Below, one piece after another: positions 49,805 to 62,682 of a stretch of DNA of 64,000 bases. This DNA is from the human T2T-CHM13v2.0 reference genome, Homo sapiens: the NCBI RefSeq assembly GCF_009914755.1, contig NC_060932.1; one strand, written 5' to 3'. The position numbers and the translations under genes were made by a program. The notes beneath the pieces are model-generated. The model had not been told where the DNA came from. It was given only the letters and a program-made list of their open reading frames with translations, and ran no database searches. The first letter of the stretch is position 1; every line of letters starts with the position of its first letter.

Positions 49805-51324
49805 GAGGTCTGTTTAAGAAAAAAAAAAATGTTTTCTTGTTACCTTCAATAAGGCTTTTAGGCCTTTTTGTCTTTCAGGTCTGAATGATAAGAAAATTCT
49901 ATGACATTTTCTTAAGGGAGACATATTTAGTAATGATTTTACCTTTCATTTTAATATGGCAAATAAATGACAGGAGAGCAATTCTCCTACATAGGATTGT
50001 ATAATTCTAAAGCAATAGTGTAGTTCTAAAGATTGTATAGTTCTAAAGTCCATATGACCCGGGCTTAGCAAATGACATTGTATCAGGAAGGGGATTTGCA
50101 GGACCTTCAACACCTTTTTATTCTAAAGTATTAAGTGTTCATCTGGCCCTCTGAATTTAAAAGTGGATATAAATCACTTTAAGCTATTCTAGAAATGCCC
50201 ATTGTTGTTTTTAAACACAATCTTTCTATGAGCCAAAAAAAAAAAAAGCAAGTCCGAAACTAGACCAACCACAACTTCAAGAAAATTTTTGGAATTAGTT
50301 TATAACTGTGTATTCCTAATAGATATTTCTATTGGAGTCTCAAGGGCACAGGGCTATAAACTGTGCTTTTCTTTTCAGACTGATTTCCAAATCAACTGAA
50401 AAGTTAAACAGAAAAATAATAAAGCAAATGGAAAACCAAACTATTACCTGTATGCTTACAAAGCTGATATGGAGAATAGGGCTTTATATGTGGAAAAGTG
50501 GGCTTCATAATTCTGAGTAATTCCCAGAACTACTCAGTCCCAGAGAGGGTCTCAGTGGGACTAGCCTCCTGCAGATACAGTGTATGTCCCTTCAAAAGGT
50601 ACAGCTGATACCTGTTCCTGGGGGGGTGCCCACTCCCAAAAGCCGGGCAGAAAGAGCTGGGCTTCCCCTTATTCCTTCCACACTCACTAATAAGATTAAG
50701 TCACTCCTTTTCTCTTAGGAAAGGAATGAAAACAGCTGGAAAAGGCTGATGGGTTATACCTGCCAATGGAGCTTCCTCCATATGATCAGAGAAAATCAGA
50801 AATAGAAAAAAAGTAGGAAAAAAAAGTCCCCATCTCCCTATCCCTCCAACATTTACTAATTGGACATATTATTTTCTGCTAAATGCAGCAAAGTCCTAAC
50901 AAATATAAATTGATCAGAATTGTCATGTGATTAATCAGCTTGATATCCCCATTCAGACAATGAATGGCATGATTGGCAGAGACTGAGTATTTATTATCTG
51001 CTATTCCCATTATTCTGCCATCAAGTCAGACTGTACTGGTTGGACTGAATCAAGATTTAGCCAATTTTTTTTAATATCAAAATAAATTATTTAACAGTCC
51101 TGCAAACCACTCTATAAACATAGTATTTCAGCCTGGGCAACAAAGTGAGACCCTGTCTCACAGAAAATAGTGTTTGATATACCAGTTTTGAATTTAAAAA
51201 AAAAAAGGAAATTAACCAATTAGTAGAAGCATAAAGTCTCAGAATTAAAGGAGACGTTAGATACATGTAGCATGAGTCCTTCACATTAGTAACTAAGGAA
51301 TCCCAACATTTTTAAAAGCATCTA

Positions 51325-51471
51325 GGCTGGGTGCAGTGGCTAACACCTGTGTTAGGAAGAGCAGTGGGAAGCTAAGGCGGGGGGATTGTTTGAGCCCAGG
51401 AGTTTGAGACCAGCCTGGGCAACACAACAAGACCCCATCTCAAAAAAATAGTAAAATAAAATAAAAAATAA
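51325..51471 (+). mobile_element. FLAM_C-like Alu monomer with a non-consensus patch
   Basis: Monomer with A-rich tail; aatccc replaced by gttaggaag. Confidence 0.88.
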
Positions 51472-52988
51472 AATTATCTACCTCAATTTTACTACTAGCT
51501 TTTTTTCTGAAAAGGTTTCATGTTAATGAAGAATGCTGGTGAAAATAGCAATTTAAATGCATTATTGGAAATCATAATGTGTGGAGTATATGGGGCATCA
51601 GAAGGTGAACCTATCACCCTTCTAGGTTTAATTATAGCAATTTTGGGGTTAACTTCTGAATTTTTAAAACTTTATTCTCCTTATTTAGAAGAACTCATTT
51701 TCTAAATGAAACCCTATTGACTGTCTTTTTGTCATTCCATTTAGGTTCAGCATAGTCTCACTTATTTTAAGAAAAAAAAAATTAGGCAGAAGCTAGGCAT
51801 TCGCTTTTCATTGTAAAAAACAGGATTTTACTGACACCTGGGTCTGTATCCAAGCATCTCAAGCCTCCGGAACCTAGAAGAATTCCCCCGAAAGTGATGT
51901 TTTGCCTCTCCCATGCCCTGTCTATCCCTGGTTTGTATGTGGCTACCAGGTGGGCAGGAGGTCTGTGATGAGGCTAGAAAAACATGAAGGCAGAAATTCT
52001 AACTCATCTTTAGCCTCCAGCATCCTGAGTTTATTACCACACCCACCTCTGTTGACTCAAGCTGGAAAAGGTAAAACCAGGCTAAAATAAGACTAAAAAC
52101 AACAGGAAGAGGGCAATCCAGAGTTAATGTTCAAATAACTCCGTCTGCTTGTGAGCACAAGCAAGCCAGGAGAACTGGCTCTTTGAAATGACTACACTGG
52201 AACCAAATTTATGATGTTCTGCATATTTCAATTGGTCCCTGCCCCTCCCAATTTCCAATAGCAAAGTGCCAGAAGTTCTCTGAGAGAGATTGTTCACATG
52301 GTGAATTTAGCTGTATCAGAAAGGAAAGCTCAGAAATCTCCTGGGAAAGGGTTTATTACCATGGGATTTAACAGCTTTAAAATTTTTCAACTACTGGATG
52401 CTGTTTGGTGATAGAATGCCAGCTAGAAAGCCATGGTCTTTGACAGTTTGTGAAAGCATGTGTATTCATGGACACAAGGGAATTTACTCAGTAGGGTGTA
52501 AAGAGCATAATTTTAGCCCTTCTTAAAATCCATACAGCAAGAACAGGCTTTCTAGCCATCTCCTCACTCATCGGTAACAAGTATGCAATTTCACGAATGT
52601 CAACTATTTAGCCCTGGATTACAATCTGTGGGAGACATGCCCCAGTTCAAGGAGAACTGAACCTCACATAAGGAAAAAGTACAGGACAGCATTTGCACAC
52701 AGGAAAGAGAACAAACTGAAACATCTTTTTGGCCACACTAAGTGTATCAGCGTAATTCGTTGAAACCACATGATCACTAGTTATAAGATTTCTCACCAGG
52801 AGATATGGAAATGAAGCAAGTCACCAACTTTTGAGTAAATGAAACATGTCAAGAAGACATTATTTAGAAGAACCAGCCACCTCAGTCTTAACCACAGAAT
52901 CATCCACTAAATTGCATAAGACCATCACTCTTCCTGCCTCACTACTCCAGCCAAGAGTTAATTCCCTCCATTTCCCCCCTATCTAAAA

Positions 52989-53361
52989 CAGGGATTGGCA
53001 AACCAAGGCCTACTGGTCAAGTCCAGCCTGCCACCTGTCTTGATATGGGTCATGGGCCAAGAATGGTTACACATTATTCAATAGTTGAAAAAAAATCAAA
53101 AAAAGAATATTTTGTGACACATGGGAATTATATAAAATTAAAATTTTAGTGTTCATAAATAAGGTTTTATTGGATGCATGCTGTATCAGAAAGGAAAGCT
53201 CAGAAAGGCATGCATCCACCCTTGCCTGCTCATTTACTTACTATTTATGGCTGCTTTTCACCCTGCAACAGCAAAATTGACTAGTTACAACAGAGACCAT
53301 ATAGCCTGCAAAGCCTAATATTTACTATTTAGCCTTTTATAAGCAAAGTTTGCCAACCCTG
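52989..53361. mobile_element. MER58B (hAT-Charlie) with internal insertion
   Basis: TIRs cagggattggcaaac / gtttgccaaccctg. Confidence 0.85.
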
Positions 53362-54246
53362 GGTTCAAAATAACTGGTTACACGGGGAAGGTTCTGCTTT
53401 CTTAAAAATAACAGTGAAGTTGAGATTAAATATGTTTGAAGCCCAATTTTAATTTAGTAGATTTTGCAAAAGCTGTCTCCATCTCCCTGTGTTAGGAAGA
53501 GCCTGAAGTGTAGGATATTAAAAAATTAGATTTTCTTCAGCCAAGATTTTGCCTATTACAAGAGCAAGTACCCATGAAATCAAGAAGCCTTAAAGTCTGA
53601 AGTCCTGTAACTTACTACTTCTATAACCTTGAATGAGCCATTTGCCATCATCATGGGACATTTGTGAGACACTGCAAATAAAAGTACCTTGTGAATTACA
53701 AAGGACTGTAGAGAAGTATTTCCATTAGTATAAGGTAATAGTCTTCAATATTTTATACTTTCTAAGTAAACCCACACCTAAAGGATTATGTCAATTATCA
53801 CAAATAGATGGCTCAGTAGCAACAATCACTAATAGGAACATAGGAATTGATTACATATACAGAATCTCTTACCACATGAACAAACTCAAATTTATCTGGA
53901 AGCATCTACAGCATTCCTGTCTGTTCTAATTTATCTCACTAATCTTAAAGTTAATTTATCTCACAACAATCTAAATAAAAATCTCCTGTAGAAATACTGT
54001 TATCTATTCTACCAGATGCCTTGATCCAAGTCTAAAATGCCAAATCTCCATGTTTTACTTTTAATGTCTTTTTTTTTCAGACTGATGGATCTCCTTACTT
54101 CCTCCCATACCACTTCAAAGGGCATTGACAGCTAACACAGCAAGAGAGAAATCTTAATTACTCTGGCTGCCTCCAATGAGGAAACAGGTTGAAAATAAAT
54201 CAAAACTCTTTTGAAAAAGGCTTCACCTTTTTCCTGCTTGTAAGGC

Positions 54247-54310
54247 TTAACCCTTCATCTTAACCTTCACCCTTCATCTTAACCTTGACTCTTCATCTTA
54301 ACCTTCACCC
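54247..54310. repeat. Tandem repeat, 20-bp unit cttcatcttaaccttcacc x3
   Basis: Read directly. Confidence 0.9.
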
Positions 54311-54559
54311 AATGAGACTATCTCTAGAATGTGTAGCATTTGTTCTTGCTTCCTCCCACAACTTAACCCAAAAGTAAATAGAAATTCTGCATCGCCCCCC
54401 CATCCCAATTTCTCTAGTAAAAAGGGGTAATGGCAGGAACAAAAAATTCCACAAATACTTACTTAGTAAATACAAGATGCTACCATTCCCCCTGAACTCC
54501 TACCAGTACAACCTCAGAGCAAACACACTACTGAAACAAACAAACAAAAAAAGTACTAT

Positions 54560-54792
54560 ATAAGGCCTTGGAATCAAATTCATCTGGATCCCAATCCACC
54601 ATTAACCACCTATGTAAACTCGGACTCGTTTCTTCACTACAGACTCCTTACCTCCTAAGCTTCCATTCTGTAGGTGAAAAATATGGATAATCACATCTAC
54701 CTCATAAGTTTGTTGTAATTAACTAGTGTTAATAAGATAATGTATGTAAAGCTGTTAGTAATGGCTAGCTCACAGTAAATGCTCAATAAATG
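54560..54792 (+). mobile_element. MIR
   Basis: ggccttggaatcaa...ctacctcataagtttgttg...cacagtaaatgctcaataaatg. Confidence 0.7.
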
Positions 54793-56145
54793 GAACTCAT
54801 ATATACTAAAAAGTGGGCCACAATACATGCAAGATTTGGGGGAAACAAAACAGTGAGGACAGAAGTTGACTTTATAAAGATGGAATATTACATACAATTT
54901 AAAATTTCTCATACAACCAAAAAAAAAAAAAAATCAATCCAAAGCTCTAGTGCATGTTCATTAATAATATTACAACAAACTTCTAAGACTTTATCAAGAT
55001 TGTATAACTTTATTTTTTAATCTTGATTTTCTATTTATGTGAATTCTAGATGAATAGAATTTACATATAAACATATAGCTAAGTTAAGCAGCCTCAAATT
55101 AAGCAACAAATACAAAATCATAAAATCTAAACATTTTAGAGCTACAAAAGCTTTTTGAAATTAATGAGTAAAACCATTCCAGAAAAAAAAAAAATAGTCC
55201 TCAATGAAAACATCATCTTTCTTTTGCGAAAGGAACGGGGGATGGGGAGGAGGTTCTTCCCTTGTAGTAATTTGGTTTATGGTACAGGATCTCAAATCTA
55301 GCCAACAGAAAGCCTTTACATTATAGACACCTGTGCAGTTTGGTACTTCTTTGTAATTCTTCTTAAAAGGAATTAGGAATATACAAGCCTTCCTTAGTAG
55401 AATGAATTATCCAAATTATTATAAAATAATTCCTGCCTTCAGACAGCCAATCTCTTCCAATTATTAAAGTGAAAAAAAGGAGTCATTTGGTTATTCTCTT
55501 TTCCTTTTTAGCAAAGTTGAAAATGAGTGAAAGTTATAAAAGGTGCAAAACAAAGGTGACGAGCCAGCTGGAAAAGTGAGAAACCAAATGCTGTCACCTC
55601 TAAGGCTTAAACCATGAAGGACCCTTATTCCAAATGTTTGGAATTCTCATTCTAAAGAAGGGAATCAGGGAAGCTCATAATGGTGCCCTTAAATCAAGAT
55701 TTATATTCAAGAAGCAATCTGGGGGGAAAAGGCAGATTAAAAGTGAGAGTGAGACACACGATAGTAACCAACAAATGAAAATTCTGATATCCCTTTTTCT
55801 TTTGATCTTGCTCTAGCAGAGCTTCAGTATTTGCTAGATATAATTAAGATGTCAGAAGAATTACACCAATACTGACTTAAGAATCTTGAGCTGAAAGACA
55901 TCTTAGAGATCATCTGGTCTACTACCTCAGTTGATGATTCATTAAGGCCAGGACCATAGCAGGTAAACAACAAAGTTGGGTATAGAATTCAGATTTCCTC
56001 ATTCTTATTTCAGTGAGCTCTTAGTCTTAACCTCCAAAATGAAAGATAAAAATAAACTTACTATTCTCAATACTGGCCCTCAGAATATTTCAGTTGCTCA
56101 GGCTTTCTATACAGAACAAAACAGGAACCAGTCAAATGTCATACA

Positions 56146-56766
56146 CAGTTGATTATCATTATTTATGGTAGTTGTATTACATAAAGTTGCCAGGAACACT
56201 GAACTGGAAAATACTGAAAATGTGCTTCTAGCAGAAACACAGGGCTGGGTTCCTCCGAACCTCTGGCCACAACATTTTGACAACATATAATCTTGTTTTA
56301 TCTGTGCTTCTGTTTATATGTACCTTATTTAATATACATATAGTTGGTTCATTAATATTGAACTCATGTCCAACAGCACGATATCTCATGCCTAAAGGAA
56401 ATTCATCTCCATGAGGTGTATCACAGTCTTCTTGTGCTTAGATAGCATTTCAGCATTACAGTTCAAGGCCATGTTAAAGAGCTACATCACCAAGGAAAAG
56501 CACAAAAAAGGGAAAAATGTGGCACTAAAGAGACCATGAAGAGGATAATTGTTTACAGTATAAAAGCTGAAACAAGAAGCCAAAGCATCACCTTGTCTGA
56601 CCTCAGCTGGAACATGCACATTGGATGACTCAAATTTTTTGCCACTGTGTGCTTGTCAGCAAATGACCACCTACTGACTGCAATTATTGATTTTAGGGTT
56701 ACAAGTACGTTTTACTGAGTAGACAAATTTGCAAATACAGAATCCAGTAATAATCACAGTCAACTC
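56146..56766. mobile_element. MER82 (Tigger family)
   Basis: cagttgattatcattatt...aataatcacagtcaactc-ta; ~620 bp matching recalled consensus. Confidence 0.8.
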
Positions 56767-57045
56767 TACTGTTAGGAATAATAAAGCCTTACATTTTTCC
56801 CCAAAGAATTCTGGATATGTAGAATGCTGTGATATTAAATCAATAGTGACATTTCCTCCGATAATCTTCCAGCTTAGAAGATGTTCATATTTGTTATATA
56901 TTTTCTACCTAGGAAGTCCCTAATGCAGACATCAGGGGATACTGTTTTATGTTTTCCTTTGTCTCATAGACTGGTGGCCACGTGAGTGGTAATACGCATG
57001 TTCAGTAAGAGACAGGAATAAAGCAATTATATAATCAAGACATCC

Positions 57046-57475
<430 letters not shown>

Positions 57476-57748
57476 TCAGTTGGGTATTTGTTTAAGATAA
57501 TTTTAATTTTGTTCATTGTACTTTTTTAATACTTTTAAAACATGCTGCCATAAGCCTGTGTTACTTTTGTAAATAAAAAAGCCAGTATAAACACTATTTC
57601 AAAGAGGTACAAACTTTTGTCCAACATTAAGCCATACTCAGAACAGGTCAGAATCTATCCATTTTTAAAACAAAGTTTCTCTAGAAAATACATTGATTCT
57701 GAATTTTGAAAATCTTTGTCACTCTTAAAAAAAATTCATTCCCTTCAA

Positions 57749-58051
57749 CTTTTTTTTTTTTTCCATTTTTTGAGACAGGATCTTTCTCTGTTACCCAGGC
57801 TGGCATGATAATGGCTTAGTACAGCCTGGACCTCCCAGGCTCTAGCAATCCTACCTCAGCCTTCCGAGTAGCTGGGACCAGAGACATGCACCACCAAGTC
57901 CAGCTAATTTTTTTTTTTTTTTTTTTTTTTTTTGTAGAGATGAGGTCTCCCTAAGTTGCTCAGGTTGGTCTCGAACTCCTGGGCTTAAGCAATCCTTCTG
58001 CCTTGGTCTCTTAAAGCACTAGACTTACAGGCGTCAGCCACCACACTGGCC
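57749..58051 (-). mobile_element. AluJ in intron 2 with expanded central T tract
   Basis: Diverged J-type dimer. Confidence 0.9.
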
Positions 58052-60945
58052 CTCTTTAACTTCTTTTCTCAATTTATTTTTTCCCTTCCTCTGTTTTCTA
58101 TCTTCTTTATCTCTGAAAGTACCCACCAGCATCATCAGATAAATTTGCTACCACACTGGGTTTCTCTGTGACTAGTGACTCCCTTACTGTTCTATGTCAG
58201 CATTAATTATTTGAACAGCTACAGGGCCGAGAGAGCAGTCGGTAGAGAAGACTGGAGATGAAAGCTGAGACAGAGTTAGAGCTGGTAGCTGTTAAAGCTT
58301 TATTCCCAAGGAGACAAGAGGAAGCAGGCCCAGTGGTCTCAAGAGCTAGATCAAAAGAATAACTTTGAGACAAGAAGTGAGGTTGGATACTCTTGAAACA
58401 GTTTAAGAAGAGAGTAAAGATGATCTTGACAGCATTCAGAATTAGTACTTTTGACTTTCTCTTTAGTAGGAGGCAAGGTCATCTGTTAGTAGTTAAGCAG
58501 AGAGGAGTTTGGATAGGGTTTTGGGAAAGTGGTGAAGGTATGAAATAATAGGCTATGAGAGCAATAAGCAAGGCATCTATTCAAGACCAAGTGAAAAGAG
58601 TGCTGAAGAGTGCCAAGGATTCGGCTGCAACTGGAAACCAATCCTTTTGGCCATCTCTCTCCACAGTTAAGCAGAATTCTCCAGCAAGTTTGTAAGCATG
58701 GTCAATTTCTTCCCCAGCCCCCATTTTCTCTTGTGTATTACCACCTGAACTTTGTTTCCTTCTTTCCCTAACCAGCCTGCACTCCAAGTTCCATCACTTG
58801 TAATGCTTAGCAGCCAACATCTTCAAACCCCTTTTCCCTTAGTTGTCTTTCTGTGGTTTCTGCTTTGCAATTCTCAAATCCTGGGACACTTAGAATAGAG
58901 GATGGGAGTGGTTAGTATTGTGAATTGAACCTTAGGAAATTGCCATTTTTATAGGTCACACATGGTTAAATATCAGGGGATTTACTGAGGGATGAAAAGA
59001 TGGAATTACCAGTTTCAGAATGCTAAGAGATTTGTACTCCTGTGTGAGTGTTTGGAACTGGCTGAGAGTCCCAGGAGGCATCAGGGCCTAGTTAAAAGCT
59101 GCTGGTCGGGTCAGTGTATCTGGAGACTTCCCCTATCTCAGCCTGGAGGAAGAAAAGTTCTCAAGCCTGATTAGGGCTCTAGCAGGAGGCCTATTCTAAT
59201 ATTTCATATTTTGTATTATTTTTTTCCTGGACAGGCACAGCATAAAGTTGCCAAGGATACAAACAAAATTCAAAACAAAAATGATGGGAGAAGAGGGTTT
59301 GGGAGGAGCATGTTTAAAGAAAAGGAAGAAAAAACCCTCAAACAATGAGGCCTTGATTAGAAATGACAAATGTAGCAATTGTTTTAACTAAAATTAAAGA
59401 CAAAATATCAAAACAGATGTTTTCTCATTTAAAGTCCAGAACTTCATTTTTCATATCCTCTATAAGTTCTCAGTCATCCTTTCCCTTTGAAAATAGCCTA
59501 TTATCCTCTCATCTAAGCCCAAAGTTGTACTATGTAAATACCAAATGTCCAAAGATAACTGAAACTACCTTAACTTGGAAGTTTTACCTTTGAGAAATTA
59601 GGAGAAACTTGACAGAGAAATGCTCCCAGCTGTCTAGAAGGGAGATTAACATAATGAAGAAATGTCTCTAAACTCTTCAGACATCAACTGAAATTAGTCA
59701 TATGGTGGCAATTGACAGGTACTATAATTTGAGCAAGGACTAAATGATAATAAACAACAATATTAATATAAAAAGCTTTAATTATATCAATGATAATATC
59801 ATAAATAACTTTTGCTAAACACTTGGAACACATTAATTTATTCTATCCAGAAACTGAGACTCAGAGAGGTGGTCTTGCCCACGGTCAACCAGCTAGTAAT
59901 CTCTATGATTAGAACTTTGGTCAACTGACTCTAAAGCCAATGTCCATTCCTATCTCACTACTTGACAACCACTAGGCATGACTCTGTGGCAGTAAAGGAT
60001 CCTAAAGAATAGGATGCATCTTCTAAAAACTAGAATTTCACTAGAAATTCTAGAGGAGAGGAAGAACATCCCAGTGCCTTTCTTAAACCGGAGACATTTT
60101 TCCCCTCTCAATACCATCATGGCCAAAATCTAATTATTATAAAGTATCTGCAGAAAATTAAAACTAGAAACTCACAGGGACCCTACTAATGTTCTAAAGA
60201 AGGAAGCTTCAATGAGAACCAGGAGAGGAGAACCCCTATAGTGAGCTTTCAGGAAATTAATGGGAGACACAGCCTGTCTAATTTTCATGCAGGCAAACAC
60301 CATCACAAATGCTTTCAAAGGTCAAGTTGCAGTGAGTGAGGTAATGCTGTTTGGAGAGTGAAATAAACATTACTTTGCTTTTGCTCGAAGATTTTTTTTT
60401 CTCATTTTTTGTTTTCCTTTTCCTTCTCTCAATTTTAATTTTTTTTTTCTCTTTTAAATGAAAATTGTTCTCACCACCCTCATTTTGCCTCATTTTGCAG
60501 TCTCTGCGAAAAACATTTTATAGCCTCCCTTCAGCCTGCAGATTTTCTCAAGACCCTTCTGCTCAGGCAGACACTATTTTCTTACAAAGCTGGAGAGTTT
60601 TAGAGTGTGGAAAATGATGTTGGATTTGACTTGGCAGAACCAAGGGGGCAGAGAAGGTAAAAGAGGGGGAGAGAAGGGAAGGAAGGGTCTCCTGTCAAAA
60701 TAATCCTGATTTTTAACCAATAACACAGCACAAATTAAGCATGTTCATAGATAGTCTCAACAGTTTTACAAGTTTTTTTTTCCCTTTTTCAAAATGTGCT
60801 TTCAACAGTCATGCTGTTTTCAAATGAACTGAAAGAAGTACTGTGTTCAGAAGGGACAAGGATGGGCTATAGCATATGACTGGACAGATACAAAAGCGGC
60901 TTTATTTAAATGTATGTTTGCCCTGGCAGGAATGTGGAGACCTAC

Positions 60946-61572
60946 CTGTACATAATCCACACTTCGTCCCAGTGCTCTGAAGGCTGTGTACATGACTTCT
61001 CTTTTTCCACCCCATTTTTGCATGATGCAGATACTTTTGTTGGACAAGACCAATTGCGTTACGTGTTGCGAGCTTTCTTTATGTGACTCATCTGTCTCAC
61101 CGGGACCCTTTTCGTGGAAGTTGTTCTTCCAGATATAAGTGGCTGATTTGTCTCTGCCCATGACTTCACTGAAGATGTCCATCATGTAAAGGTCATCTTC
61201 TGAGTTCCCATCTATGACCATGACAACTTTAATCCCAGGGTAGGTTAGCCTTTTCACAGATTGCAAACATTTCCTTAAGTAGTCTGGATCTTCTTGATAG
61301 GCAGCGATGCAAAGGGCAACTGTTTTGTTCAACTTTATGGGGGTTTCTAGGGATTTTTTCATTTTTCGGTGCTCCAAAAAGGCAAACAGGCTTTGGATGA
61401 TGAGGTGTGATGCCAAAAAGGCACCATACAGTCCAAAAGAGAAATAGTAATTATCCGTTTGGATAAACTGGTAGCCAACAATATAAGCAGCTGTGATTCC
61501 AAGGAGGAGAGAGACTCCAAAGAGTGTGGTTCCAATTATTCTCAGGATACATAGAAACCTCTCACAATGCAT
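60946..61572 (-). CDS. HAS2: Hyaluronan synthase 2, first coding exon (exon 2), aa 1-209
   Basis: Translates MHCERFLCILRIIGTTLFGV...GGKREVMYTAFRALGRSVDYVQ; acceptor tattacag|ATG with the AUG as first exon base; donor CAG|gtaggt; 627 nt = 209 codons; contains T110 and K190. Confidence 0.99.
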
Positions 61573-61639
61573 CTGTAATATAATCAGATGATACTCTTGG
61601 TTAACCATGATTGTCCCACACTTGTTATATACCTAGTAT

Positions 61640-61840
61640 CATGGGGAGAGTATTGGACTAGAAGCATTCAGGAGTTTTAACACTCAATTTCTCGCCCAAC
61701 TCATTGTGTGACTTTCTGCACTTCAGTTTGCTCATCTGCAAAACAGGGATAAGGATGCCCTTCTAGCATACCTCAGAGGGTTATTTCAAGAGTCAAATGA
61801 GATGATGGTACAGCATACTACTGAATGCCATAATGTTTTA
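61640..61840 (+). mobile_element. MIR in intron 1
   Basis: tgtgtgactt...cttcagtttgctcatctgcaaaacagggataa...cctcagagggttatt. Confidence 0.7.
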
Positions 61841-62094
61841 AACAAATACTGCATACATTGCTTTAATGTGTTATATCACTTGCCTAAGGCTGTACTCTAT
61901 ATATATGTGGTCATAGCCAGGCAGGGACCCTGAAGTTTCTAACACCCAAAGAAGTCATTCTTCTATATAGTCCCCTCACCCCTTGATATTGGCCAGTGAA
62001 AAAAATCCACTGGAGATTTTGCTAAATTTCTCATGTGTAATTTAATCTCACCTCCAATGTGTATTCTTCAACTTACATCCTTTCCCTGCAGCCA

Positions 62095-62250
62095 GCTGAG
62101 ATTGGAGATCAGGATACTGGGTTCTAGTACTAGCTCATTAACTAACTGTGTGACCTTGGGTGAGTCACCATACCTCTCTGGGTCTCAGTTGTTTTGTAAA
62201 AATATCTGTTAAATGAGGGATTTTAGAATTGAGTATTTTTGAAGTCCTCA
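62095..62250 (+). mobile_element. MIR in intron 1
   Basis: ggagatcaggatactgggttctag...tgtgtgaccttgggtgagtcac...cctctctgggtctcagtt. Confidence 0.75.
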
Positions 62251-62623
62251 CTGACACTAAAAATCTTCCATCCCTAAGTACCCTGCATAGATGTCTATTA
62301 AAGCCCCGTAATTCTGAATTATACTCCTTTGTTCCAAAGTCTCTCTCCTCCATCCGCCATCATGAATACTAGATGATTAGATCCTGAGCATCATGAACCT
62401 TACTGGAACACAGTAAACACAATAAATGTTTGTAGAAATAGTGAATACATTAAAGGACAAATAACATCATGATTTATTTCAGCAAGTGAGTTTCCATCCT
62501 GTTAAAAGCCATAGCACATTAGACCTGAAACACGTTTCCACTCAGTAATAGTCAGTTTTGCAGTCACCCCTAAATTTTGTCTATCTCCTGAAAAAAGTTT
62601 TAAACAACTCAAGGACAAAAGGA

Positions 62624-62682
62624 CCATTTTTCCCAAAACATTTGTATTTCCCAAAGGATTTGTATTTCCCAAAGCATTTCCA
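62624..62682. repeat. Tandem repeat, 18-bp unit atttgtatttcccaaag(g/c) x~3
   Basis: Read directly. Confidence 0.85.

Noticed and set aside
61573-61608. N-terminal extension MVNQEYHLIILQ in the ORF track
   Set aside because: Lies upstream of the cag|ATG splice acceptor, so it is intronic
62159-62169. AP-1 sites (e.g. ggtgagtcacc) and other TGAGTCA matches as enhancers
   Set aside because: 7-mers occur often by chance in 64 kb and several lie in repeats; needs chromatin data
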